DNA of 64,000 nucleotides from Octopus bimaculoides (lineage: Eukaryota), in the NCBI RefSeq assembly GCF_001194135.2, contig NC_068985.1, positions 32,485,145-32,549,144 on the forward strand. Direction: 5' to 3'. This document shows, in pieces, positions 26,800-38,884 of this stretch. The translations under genes and the position numbers were made by a program. The stretch's first letter is position 1. Every line of letters starts with the position of its first letter. The notes beneath the pieces were generated by a model, which saw nothing but the letters and a program-made list of their open reading frames with translations, was not told the origin of the DNA and made no database searches.

Positions 26800-28733
26800 A
26801 TATATATATATATATAAAGAATAATTCTTACAAATTCAATGACACAGTTCTATTGATCACTATTGTGATTTAAATCTTTATATTTGGTACAGTTTTCTTT
26901 TTCGGTAGCCTACTTTCAGTATGTTGTGTGTTGTATATAATAAAGAAAACTTGGAGGGGGGGGGGGATTTCTGTAGCATTAAACACACACATGATAAATA
27001 AATACATGTGGTATACCTCTGTTCATTTTGCACATAAGAAGTAAACCCATAAAGTGGAGAAGTATTCAAGAGTGGAAAGACACAAAGCTAGTACAATGTT
27101 ACAGTGTGCTGGTGCAAACATTAGTATTTGGTATATGGGAGTGCTTGTGCAAACAAGGTTTGAAGCATATGGAAGTACTGCAACCCATGCTAGCTTACTA
27201 TAAATATGATGATGTGAATGACAATGTATATCATAGTAGTTGTCTTTAAATTAGTTACTATATTTCCTTTGTCTTCATATCCTCAAAGAAAATAATAAAC
27301 AACATATTTTGACAGTTGATAGTTAATACTGAAAGTTGGGAAGTTTTAAATTAACCAAAGAAGAGGTATAGTAATCAGGATCTGTGGAGACTTTCTTTGA
27401 CTGATAACATTGTAGTTAAGCCTGACCTTCTTTTTAATATCTGCAGGAAAAGTGTGGGCTGGTAATTTGCAGTTGTACAAATATGAAGAGCAGGGATTGA
27501 ACATTGTATGTAATATAGGGTATGTGAGATAAGAGAAATGGGTACATCTGGCATTCCTCAGAAGAGATAGTAGACAGTTCAGTGAAGCAAAAACCATTGT
27601 AGTTGAATACATATAACTAAGAAACTGTATGTCTGTGATGAGTGGTTGGAGAATGTCAGTGAACAATTCTTTGCCTGTCAGTCAAATGGCCTTTCTAACA
27701 TTTGGAATGCAGATTTGTCAGTGTTATGTATGAGACATCATCATTGATAACATGACTATTATTTGATGGTTTCAATTTTATGTTGTTCATCTACAGAATG
27801 GAGAGCACATATTTACACTTATACACTTACAGAATGCTGTTGACATCAGATGTACAGGAATAGAGGACCATTTAAAAATGCATTTTGAATTATTTTTTTC
27901 CTGCAATTATGTTGACTCCTCCAGCCTAAATCAGTAACTGATTTCTTTCATCTATTATGAATAAGAGAAACGCCTTTTACTTACTAACTTAGACTAGATT
28001 ACAAAATATATCATACACCATGTGGGATTTCACATATATGATCATGGCTAATATTAATAAACACCAACACTGATACCAACAGAAGCAATACTACATCATG
28101 TGTAAGTTATTTAAGATAATGTAAGCACTCTTTTCACACCTATTGGACTTTACATTAAATCAAGATCTTCTTTGGTGCTATAAAAAAAAAGACACTGAGA
28201 TAACCCTTTTGTCAGCAATATGAAGCAGCAAAAATAAGATATTGGGATGTAATTCACTCAAACTATTTTACAACAGAACAGCTTCAGCAACAAGCATCTT
28301 TTGCAAAAAAAAAAACAAAAAAAAAAAGAAGAAAAGAAAATTGATTAGCATCACAAGAATTGGAATAACAATTGCTAAATGTAATAGTTAGTCTTCTCAA
28401 AACACTGAAAACTAGCCAAAATCTGCCATAAGAGATTGAAAATAATGTGGACAAACCATTACTGTCAATCAATATTAAACTTACATACATTTCTGCATTT
28501 AACTGATTTGACAAAGACAACTGTGGAATGTATTTAACTAAGAACATTTTGAAACCACTGTTCATATCCAGTTTTGTAAGTTATTGCTGAGTATCAGAGC
28601 ATTCTTAATGAAAAATATTTAATGCTTTCATATTAAAAGTTATTGATGATGTTGCAGAGAACATGCAGAATCATAATGTTAATTATTATTTGGTAGTTAA
28701 TACCTTCCTATACTCAGCTGTTATCACTCGTAA

Positions 28734-28943
28734 CCCTTTAGCATTTAAACTGGCCATATCCAGCCAAAATATTCTTGTCTTATGTTCAAACCAGCCAGAT
28801 CAAGCACCTCACACCAACCCTGCAATGTCATTCTAAAATTACACAATTACACCATTGAAATCTTTAAGCTACAAAGTAATGCATGCTTATTCAAAACAAT
28901 GTGAATGAATAAGCATTACATTTGAGTAATGAATGCTAAGGGG
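28734..28943. mobile_element. piggyBac-type MITE
   Basis: GTAA|CCCTTTAGCATT ... AATGCTAAGGGG|TTAT; degenerate TTAA flanks. Confidence 0.75.
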
Positions 28944-28989
28944 TTATAGAACAGCTCGGAGAAACCTGCAGTGCATGTGATAATGAAAT

Positions 28990-30660
28990 TACTAAACAAA
29001 AGCAACCCAAGTGGAAAACAAAGCTTGAAGGAAATCTCAACAATCTACACTGCCATTTTGAATGGTTAACCACAAAATAAAATGTAAGGGAAGTAATGAG
29101 TTCATATCTTACCAGTTAAATCTGATACAAAAAAATACCAATAACTTTTTTCATGCCAAGCTTTTAATTGCTTTAAAGCACAAACTCAGAATGTTGAGTG
29201 AAAACGTTATTGTAGAAAAATATCTGTGTGAGCTAGTATAAATCACAAGTTTGCTTCCAATGCACAGGCATTACACCAGGAGGTAAACAAGAAAGACATT
29301 ACTATTAACCCTTTAGCATTCACATGACTCTGTCAAATGTAAATATGATTGTAAATTTCCAAAATGACATTGTACGATAGGTGTGAGAAGCAGGGTCTGG
29401 TCATAAAGCAGGTTGAATATTTGGGCTGGATATGGTTGGATTCAATGCTAAAGGGTTAAGAAAGCACCTTCTCAGGAACATCTTAAATTATTCTGATCTA
29501 AGATCTAGAAAGAAAAGAGAGGTTTCAACCAGAATGCATCATGGCTAAACACATGTAAGAAAGAATACTGTACCAACATCAACAGTAAAACCTACACAAT
29601 TAACCCTGAAACTTTCACCATAGCTGTAGGCAAATGGGAAGGCACCTGAAAGAGACTTAAAAGTTGGATACTGGTACAATAAGTTGATCTACAGAAATCC
29701 ATTAATATGTATATTCCAAAGAACTATAGAAGTCCAGGTTGACATATCAAATTGGCTTGCTATAGTGAGGACAAATTTAATCAAGAATGAAACCAAGTTG
29801 GCAGAAAGCTATAGGTTCATTTTTTTGCCTGAATATGATGTACAAGCTTTACACTAGCTGTCTCAGCCAATTCATCTGGAATTATTGTGAGTCCAACAAT
29901 ATTGTGACTGATGAGCAGGCAGGTGGAAAGAAGGGAGCATGGGAATGTGCTGTACAACTTTTGATAAACTAAACTGTGCTGTCAGAAGTAAGAAAATACT
30001 GCAGGAATCTTGTGACAGTGTGGCTTGATTGCAAGAAAGTGTTCAACTCTGTTCCCCTACTCATAGTTGCTGAAGCCTTTGCATTTGGCAAAAGGGTCTG
30101 CAACCTTAGTTAAGCCAATGAGAGGCTCACAAAGACCTGAGCAACAATCCACACACTTGAAACTGAGAGTAGAACAACTGTTTCTGATGTTATAAATATT
30201 TCAGAGAGAATATTCCAATGAGATAGCCTTTCCATACTATTATTTTGACATTAAATTTGTTATACTTTATTTTGTAAAAATTCAATACCTCCATGCTACA
30301 TGCAATTACTAGAGATAACCAATGTAATCCATGATTTCTTTGTGGATGATTTGAAGGTCTATGTTTAAATGCTTGCATGCCAACAAAACAACTGGAATTA
30401 ATATCATATTCAGCTGACATAGAAATGGAATTTAGCCAAAAGAAGTATTTATATTTGATTGTTGAATGTGGAAAATCATTCCTCTGAACCCAGAACCAGT
30501 GCACCATAGTCTATTTCTCCTGTTCCACACAAAGACTGCTACATATATCTAGGTATTGATGAAAATATATCATTCACAGGTGGTGTGAACAAAAATATAG
30601 TGACCTGAGAATATTACATCAGGCTTAGAAACATAGCAGTCAGAGCTCTCCTTACAAGGC
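28990..30660 (+). mobile_element. Decayed R4/Dong-like non-LTR retroposon RT region
   Basis: SYRFIFCLNMMYKLYTSCL..EQAGGKKGAWECAVQLLIN..LVTVWLDCKKVFNSVP; IFQ*DSLS (QGDSLS motif); FFVDDLKVY. Interrupted by a MITE. Confidence 0.75.
29309..29455. mobile_element. piggyBac-type MITE (147 bp) with perfect TTAA target duplication
   Basis: TTAA|CCCTTTAGCATT ... AATGCTAAAGGG|TTAA; perfect 12-bp TIR. Confidence 0.92.
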
Positions 30661-30699
30661 AATATCCCACAGTGCATTTGCAGTTCCTATATTGGTACC

Positions 30700-31110
30700 A
30701 GCATTGGCTAATTTCATCACCTGGCACTGGATCCAAACATACTTTCCTTGGCTTCAAATTCTTCCCACAGATCAGAGCAAACTTTCACCCTCCTCTTCTT
30801 CAAATCATGTGTCAACTCACACACATTTTCCATACTCTAAAGTTTTCTACCTTCTTCTGTAATGCATTGCAATCACAGTCCAGTTGTGCAACAACTGTTC
30901 ACATGAATCATTTTATTTTCTTGTTGGTGATCAACAGTAGTGGTTGCTGTTGATGGTCTCCTATTGCTGGGTTGGTCTTCAATACTGGTTTCTGCTTCTT
31001 TAAACTGTAAATAACCTGTAACCTTCTGTGGATGAGAGACAGCCTCGATTTCTCTTTCATCAAAAACTCGATGACAGCATGTTGCTTCTGCTTGAAACCC
31101 ATTACTTGCT
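30700..31110 (-). mobile_element. mariner transposase N-terminal fragment
   Basis: MGFKQKQHAVIEFLMKE..IHRRLQVIY on the reverse strand, continuing with frameshifts to a GDE-like motif. Confidence 0.7.
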
Positions 31111-31769
31111 TACAGTGGAGAACACAAAGAAAAATTACTATAAAGGAAGAGTCAATCTTCCCACATTTGCAATTTGAAAATATGTTAGTCCATAAAAAAA
31201 GTGTTACATTCATTTCTGCATTACTTTCTGAACAACCCTTGTTTATGTAATGTTGCTATTGAAGGAGAGTAGGTATTTATTCTGTGTACATCAAAAAATG
31301 TTTCTGAAATCTGTTCATGGAAACACTGACAAATATTTTTGAGATATTTCTGCTTAGAAGCAGTGCATGTCTGATTTAGCATAAAGTGTCTGTACCTATC
31401 CATCTTAGACAAGTTAGACATACAGTAGGTGAAGATACTGGTTCAAAATGTTCAGAATTGCAAATAGTTTGGAGCTGGTCCAAGTGGTATCTGTGTGAGA
31501 AAATTCAAGAAGAGCTGTGAGGATTGGGTCACAGAGAATATGACTTTGGAATGTAGTGAGAGTTGAGATAAATGTTCTCAATGTTGGATAAGATAGCTGA
31601 ACAGCTGAAAGAAAAAAGCAATCCCCCAGCAACCAGATCAATTTAGAGGAATGGGGAGAGATTCTGAATAACTAAAAGTGGTTTGTTTTTTTACTTAAAC
31701 CTTTGGCATTATGTCGTACTTCAGAAGATCCAAGCCAAGAAAAATTGCAGTCATGGCACATAAATGCAC

Positions 31770-31953
31770 CCTGGTGCCGGTGGGACGTAAAAGCACCCAT
31801 TATACTCGGAGTGGTTGGCATTAGGAAGAGCATCCAGCTGTAGAAAACCATGCCAAATCAGGCTGGAGTCCTGTGCAGCCTTCCAGCCTGCCAGCTCAGT
31901 CAAGCCGTCCAACCCATGCTAGCATGGACAACAGACGTTAAATGATGATGATA
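31770..31953 (+). mobile_element. RTE 3' tail (truncated LINE or RTE-dependent short element)
   Basis: GGTGCCGG..AAAAGCACCCA..GGAGTGGTTGGCATTAGGAAG..CCGTCCAACCCATGCTAGCATGG..GACGTTAAATGATGATGAT. Confidence 0.88.
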
Positions 31954-33098
31954 TCCAAGTTATAGAATGAATGATGTACTATAGTAGATTGTACTAAAAC
32001 ACTTTTACTAACATCTAACAAAATTGGAATACACTGACAGACAAAAAATGAGTTAGAGATAGACATTCAGGTGGAAACCTCGTAATATATCTTATTAGGA
32101 TAGATAAATTTTTAAGGTAAATCTATTAAATGAAAAGCAAGGCCATTTTAAACAGTAGGATAAACTTATTTTAATTACTTTTTTTCTATGAAACTGTAAT
32201 AGAACAATGAAAAAAGATAGTCTTTTTGTTGATTAGATTGATGGAATATATAACCTATTGCTTCACACATTGCTTGTTATTTGGGAATAAATTTACTGTT
32301 TAAAAAGAAAAATTAAATAATTCACTGAATATGAGTAATTAGAAGAAACATTTGTTGATTATGTGAAAAGATTTAGAAAAACTCCCTGAAGAATTTAAGC
32401 AAACTATTAGATATGGCAGTATTCATGTTTATAAAATTTTTCTTAGCAGTGCTTTGTTTGGACTATTGGGACTATTAGTTCTGGATTTGGTATGCTAATT
32501 TGATGACTTCCAACTAATGAAGTAATATGGAAGGTTAATTTTAGTTTGGTATTCAAATACTGAGTAGCTACTATCTATGTAAGTCCATAAAACTCAGTGA
32601 TCTATAATAGTAAATATAAAAAATATCAGTCAGTCATTTTTAATCTTAGGCTTTTTCTACAATTATTTTGCAAAAGGAGTGTACAAATATACCTGCCTGA
32701 AAGAAGAACCCTCCAAATATAGGCATGAAGGAACAACTGAGAAGGAATTTTAAAAATTTGATATTACTGTTTGTAAAACATCAGGAGCAAGTTCTTGATG
32801 AAATTTTAATAGAGCAAAGAATGATTAATTTGGACTTTTTTAAGTTTGTTTTTTGAAATGGTTGTTCCTGTTGAAACTATTGAATTAATAATGCTCATGA
32901 AGTGCATGAGCTCTACAACCCGACCATTACCTTCTAAAATCTCATTACAACTGTTCAGTTTATCATGCAAAGCATGGACATTATATAATCATGAACATCA
33001 CAATCTTTTTCCCTTGAAATGTAGCATTTCACTACTATGCAAGAAACTATAATTATTATTGTTGTTAAATCACTAATTTTTTTTTTTTTAATTTGCAG

Positions 33099-33157
33099 AT
33101 GCCTGTCACACCTTAACATGTGCAATAATGTTGTTAAACACAGATCTTCATGGCCAG
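33099..33157 (+). CDS. PSD: PSD exon B (Sec7 motif 2)
   Basis: atttgcag|AT GCC..GGC CAG|gtaaaa; (D)[19 protein letters not shown]; 59 nt, phase 1 to 0. Confidence 0.97.
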
Positions 33158-33859
33158 GTAAAATTAAATTATATATGGATACTTATATAGAAAGTTTTCA
33201 AATTTATGAAGCAAAAATGTTCACAAAGTTAAAAGAATAAGTTTTTACCCGAGGTATTTCACATACATGTTTCTAGTTGTAACTATATTATTTAAATTTC
33301 TTTAATTGTAGATAATATTTACCATGAAAACCCATGTAATTTATGCACTTTTTTCAGAAAAATAAAAATAAACTTTTGCGGATGCATAAATTACATGAGT
33401 AGATTGTTTCCAGAATTTTTTAGAAATTCTTTTTGTTGGAAAAAGACGTACAGATCGTAAACATTCATGCCGGAAGTTGACTCATTTAAAAGGCTTAAAT
33501 ATAATGAAGTTGACTTTTATTTAAGCTGGATGGTATAATGCTTACTTTTTCTGTATAAATTTGTTAAAGCCATTAAATGGTTAACTACTTTTTGAAGTCT
33601 GACGTACATGCTGGTAATCACAGTCTGGGCCAAATTTTACATATTTTACTCGGTTGAGTAAAGTGCCATCCAAGCTGATGTTTATTGGTAATTAAACTTA
33701 ATTTGCAACACCTGTGCATATTTATCAGCTTTGTTTTTGTTGATAATTCTTATCAACAACTTTTCCTGTGATCATGGTTTGAGAAGACATACAGCAGTAT
33801 GATAAAGATCGGACATAATCTCTTGTGGGCAAAAAATGTAAAATAAAGTTTATTATAAA

Positions 33860-34068
33860 CAAGATTATCCACCATCTTTCCAACAACAATAACCTCGGGT
33901 ACCTTTTTGAATTCCATACGACAAACACTCACAGACATGCTTATAAAATCAAAAAACAACACAGCACCCATGACTTTCGGAAACATTTTTTCACACTCAG
34001 AATTACTGAAGCATGGAATAAACTACCTTCATCAGTTGTTAGCTGTCGAGACACTACATCTTTCAAAG
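33860..34068 (+). mobile_element. CR1-clade LINE 3' coding fragment
   Basis: KIIHHL..RKHFFTLRITEAWNKLPSSVV..TSFK, the typical CR1 ORF2 C-terminus. Confidence 0.8.
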
Positions 34069-34069
34069 A

Positions 34070-34435
34070 AAGTCACTGGGAGCAAGATTGGGTTCATGCC
34101 ATTTTGGGTCAAAAACTGCCTCACTCAAGGTGGTGTGCAACTCTATTGTGGCAACTTTTTTTATTCACAATTCCTTGCTCAAAATTTGTTGGCACGAACT
34201 CCAGGACACCCCTGTCATACCACCAAGTCCTCCAAGATTAGTTCATGAATTTTCATGATGTTTTCATTCATTTGGGAGGTTGAGAGTTGCCCTGAATGAG
34301 GTTGGTCTTCAGGCAACAAGTGGCCATTCTTAAAGTGGGAAAACTACTCATAAACTTGGGTTTTGCTCATGGCAGCATCCTTGAAAGCTGTTTGAAGCAT
34401 AACAACTGTTTCGGTTACTTTTGGGTACCTCCTCA
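34070..34435 (-). mobile_element. Internally deleted mariner element
   Basis: TA|TGAGGAGGTACCCAAAAAGTAACCG terminal sequence; TETVVMLQTAFKDAAMSKTQVYE*FSHFKNG (HTH) joined to RQFLTQNGM..NLAPSD-like region. Confidence 0.75.
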
Positions 34436-34914
34436 TAAAGCATTAGTAGAAGTACAATTGAACCTCTAAATCAATATGACCTAAAATACACAATCTACTT
34501 CTAATCAAAAATTTATAAAAATACTACAGCAACATTACTTTCATAAAAAGTTCATAATTTCTGTTTTATTTCATATCCAACTCTAGTTTAATATATAGCT
34601 TATATACATCATTACTAGTTGTTTTAATATTATATACATGGACACAGGTATGTGTATATTATGAAGAAGATTGCTTTGCAGCCATGTGTTTCTAGGTTTG
34701 ATCCCATGGCACAAACGTAAGACCTTGTGAGTGAAATTTGGTTGTCAGAAAGTAAAGAATTTTGTGCGTGTGTGTGTGTGTGTGTTTGAACGTTTTGATG
34801 TGGGATGGCAGAATCAGGTGCATCAGTTGCAAGTATCTTGTGACACATTCTCTCTCTTTATTTCCTGTGGGTTTTACCTTTTTAACATTTTCCTCTGGTT
34901 AATAAAATAAGTAC

Positions 34915-35000
34915 TGCAGCTCTGGTGCAGCTTTCCAGTGCACCAGCCCAGTCAAACCATCCAACCCATACCAGCATGGACAATGGACGTTAAATGATGC
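34915..35000 (+). mobile_element. RTE 3' tail fragment
   Basis: CTGGTGCAGC..CAGTCAAACCATCCAACCCATACCAGCATGGACAATGGACGTTAAATGATG. Confidence 0.8.
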
Positions 35001-35667
35001 TAAAATCCTGGAGTTGACAGAATTGACTTTTGAAGCTGGTGCCCTAGCATAGGCACAGTCCACCAACCAAAACTGGTAAAAGAATATCTTCTAGACATCA
35101 GTCTAATTTCTCAATGAAAGATTTTAGAATGCCACTGCTGTCTAATCTTAGTTTTCTATCTCAGTACTAAGCCAGATTTTGTCATGAATCTTGTACATAG
35201 CACATCTTCATATAAAATTCCATCTTGCTTTAATTTACTTTGGGTGTAGATTTGGATGGCTTCAGGACTAACATACTTACATCATCAGATCACTTGTTCC
35301 AAAAGACCAGCTGACTGACTGATGAATGTTCATTCACTAGCACACAAACACTACAATCACAAGTTCACTGATGTACTGAGTCATCACTCTTCCTTTCATT
35401 ATTGCTACAAATATATCACTTAAGCTCAACAATACGTTCTTTATTCTTTCCCCTTCTGCTAAATGTCTCCTATACTCTTTCCTCTAGAACTGAAAACCTT
35501 AAACTTTCTTTTTGCTCATATTTTCCTGAAAGGCTTCAGCCTACAAAAAAAAAAAAGTAAGAAAGAAAGAAAAAAGCATAAATAAAATTACATAAACAAG
35601 AGTATGTCAAAGAGAGGGATAGTGAAAAATAAAAACTGTTGAATGCTCTAATCGAAATCTATTCTAG

Positions 35668-35801
35668 AATGTTGGCCGGAAGATGAACTGTAATGAGTTC
35701 ATAGAAAATTTGTGTGAGCTGAATGATGGAGATAACTTTCCAAAAGAAGACCTTCGCCAAATCTATGCAGCCATTAAAATGGAACCTATAGAATGGGCTC
35801 C
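35668..35801 (+). CDS. PSD: PSD exon C (end of Sec7 domain)
   Basis: attctag|AAT GTT..GCT CC|gtaagt; NVGRKMNCNEFIENLCELNDGDNFPKEDLRQIYAAIKMEPIEWA; 134 nt, phase 0 to 2. Confidence 0.97.
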
Positions 35802-37663
35802 GTAAGTATTTTTCCTTTTTTTTTTGTTGTTTGTTTTAGTTACATATTTTAAAAAAAATCTTATTTAAATACTGATAATATATAATTATTTTTTATCTAT
35901 AGTTTGATACTTAAGCTTGACATTACTCCTAAGAACTACATATTCTTAGAAACTACAAGCTAGGGCTAAATGCAAAAGAAATAATCTAAGAATTGCATAA
36001 AATTGAAGGTTCATTAACCCTGCATTGTAAACAATAAGTGTATGCTGCTTACACTATATATGGCTGTCCAGTAAACTAGTCATAGGAATTTTGAGTGTGG
36101 TCTTATAATTTTGCCTGAACTACAATGCATATTGGGATGTGCTTCCAGATAATTAGTGGTTGGAAATCCTCATTCAAAAATTTGTTTTTCTGTATTGGAA
36201 TGGGTTGAACAGGTCTACTGTTTCTTTTGTTCTTTTGTTGTCCAGAAGATAACAATTGCAGGTACATCGAGTGGGTTTGAGCAAGTGTGATGCATGGTTG
36301 GCTCTGATTATATTCATATTGGAATCATTATTGCTATCATGTACATATATAGGTCTGCTTTAAGACACATTGTCATTTACTGAAATCTTTTGCCATCTCA
36401 TCCATGAAGCCTATTAATCCAGGAATCTGACCTTGTAATTTCTTTCTTTGCTTTCATTGATCTTGCTTTGCTCTAAGTATTTCACTCACATTATCAGCCT
36501 TCTTTCAGCATGCACTATTCATCCATTTCTTACCCAAGCAAACCTCTATCTGACATACAATAATAGATTCATTTAATGCCCAATTGCTCTGTCAGCTCAC
36601 TTATGCTCTTCGTTTTATGAAAGTTAACATTACACATTCAATAGACCATGTCCACCTTATTTCTCTCCAGCCTCTACAGATCATCCACATTCAATAACCT
36701 TGTCTCACTGCCATGCAGCATCACACTTTTATACATACTTCATATACTCTGTCTTATACATGGAAAGAGAAACTCTTTGTAACCAACAAAGATAACTGTG
36801 AAATGATCTTCATCCATCACTCTAGTCATGCTTTCACTATCAGCTAAGTAACAGAAACTAGTCCTGTGTGTTCAGCAAGCAGTTCATGGACCCATTTAAT
36901 GGTGCTCTTACTGTTAACATTTAGCACTGGTTTTATCAGTATACCAGCAGTACAACTGTATCTTCTATTCGTTGTTTGCAACGGATAGACAAGTATCTGG
37001 CTACTCCCTTTCTGTATACTGAGCAAGGCTACTTTTCAGATGGTATGTAAACACAGTACATAATTTTTCCATCTCTATCATCATTTATTTGTGCACATGT
37101 ATGTGTGTTGCAATGTCGACATCATCATTATCATCATACCATCCATCTTTTTTCTATGCTTATATAGGCTGGATAGATTTGCAATATACCAACGTTACCA
37201 TACATCTGAAATCTGTGTGATTTGTAAAATCCTCTTTTAGCAGATCTTCAATTTCTTTATCTGCTTCTATTATATGTACCTTAAGACAGCTCTCTTGACG
37301 TATTGTTTCTAACTACTATATTACATGAGGTGTGACTAAGGTTTTTAAAACTGGATGTCTTTCTTACTGTCAATTATAACTTGTACACTCTATGTAAGTA
37401 TTTCATTATTCTAACTAGGACTTAACAGGACGTCATTTTGAATTTACTGAAATATTGTTTCATTTATTCAGACTTGATATCTGTCAAATTTGCAGTATGT
37501 AAATAATTGATAATTTCTTCCTTTCTTTGTTTTTCTTTTTTTTTTTCAGCTTCTTTGTGAAATATTTCTCCAAATACTGTTTTTACTATTTACACTGTTC
37601 AACTGAAAATTTCTTTGTATTTCACTTCACTGTATTAAATGTTATAAATATTTATTTATTTAG

Positions 37664-37766
37664 AGATGATGATCTGCAAGATAATGAAACAACAGTTACG
37701 AATGACCGGCGACAAGTGCCATTAAGTGAAACACCATCTCGGCTTGGCCACAACCCCTTCTTAGAG
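37664..37766 (+). CDS. PSD: PSD exon D (Sec7-PH linker)
   Basis: tttatttag|A GAT..TTA GAG|gtaagc; (P)DDDLQDNETTVTNDRRQVPLSETPSRLGHNPFLE; 103 nt, phase 2 to 0. W-A-P-DDD parallels the W-A-x-DEE motif of EFA6 proteins. Confidence 0.92.
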
Positions 37767-37800
37767 GTAAGCTGTACTTAATATTGGTTTCAAATCTTAG

Positions 37801-37994
37801 CAGGGCCAGCAATTTTTTTTTGGCAGGGGGAGTAAGTCAATTACATCTACCCCAGTGCTCAACTGGTACTTATTTTATTGACCCTGAAAGGGTAAGTTGA
37901 CCTTGGTGGAATTTGAACTCAAAATTTAAGATGGATGAAATGTTGCTAAGCATTTTACCTATCATGCTAACACTTCTGTCAACTCATCACTTTA
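37801..37994 (-). mobile_element. SINE family B
   Basis: Reverse strand ..GTTAGCA..AAATGCTTAGC..GAGTTCAAATTCCACCAAGGTCAAC..TCAATAAAATAAGTACCAGTTGAGCACTGGGG matches 54454 and 56930. Confidence 0.8.
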
Positions 37995-38884
37995 AACTGT
38001 AATTAATATCAGCATTATATTATTATTAGATGTTATAATTAATGCAATTGCTTTTACAGATTTTGTATAAGCCAAATGTAATTAGTTTGATTTTATCCCT
38101 TTATTCTTTTTAGTTAGTAACTTTATTTTTTTTTAAATTGCACTATTTAGTTATTCAGTTTTCTGCTTTTGCAACATATAGTTGAGATCTTTTGAGAAAT
38201 AACATGTTCAAATTTAAGTTTTTTATCTGCTTTCATTTTCTGGTTGAATACTTTGTGATTTAAATTATCTTCATTCAATGAGAAAAGGAGACAAAACAGT
38301 TAACTTTCTTGTAATGGAGATATATGACAAATAAGTATGAGCACTGTTTATGCTGTTGATTCTTTGACATGTTCTGTTTATGCTCACATGTATAGTTAAC
38401 ATTACACATGTACTTTTTTTTGCTTAGAAGGAAAGATAAAACTCAGAGCATTTTGGGGGTTTTACCCAAAGAAGTGGAAAACTTAATGCAAATATTTAAA
38501 ATGGTTAATGCTTGATGATATGTAAACAAAAAGGGAATTTCAGAAGATAAGTTTTGAGAAGAAAAGAAGGACTAGGAGAAAGTATTGTGTATATGTAGCA
38601 TCAAGAGGAAGAGAGATACAGTTGACAGGACTTTGTAATGGTGGGTTGGTTGTCAAACTGACGGTTTTTACTTGAAAGCAATCCAGTATCAGAAAGGCAT
38701 ATTTAAGCCATAGGAAAAGTCAGAAAGTATCTAGGTTTAAAGTATTTCATACCTTGGTAAAAAGAGGTACCATCTCTTTACTGCAGCTTAAGATTCTAAG
38801 TGTAAAATATCAAGTTGTTGATGCTACAAATGCAGTCGGTTCCATTTCACTGTAAAGGCGAAGAATTTTTTTAATTATGTCTTT

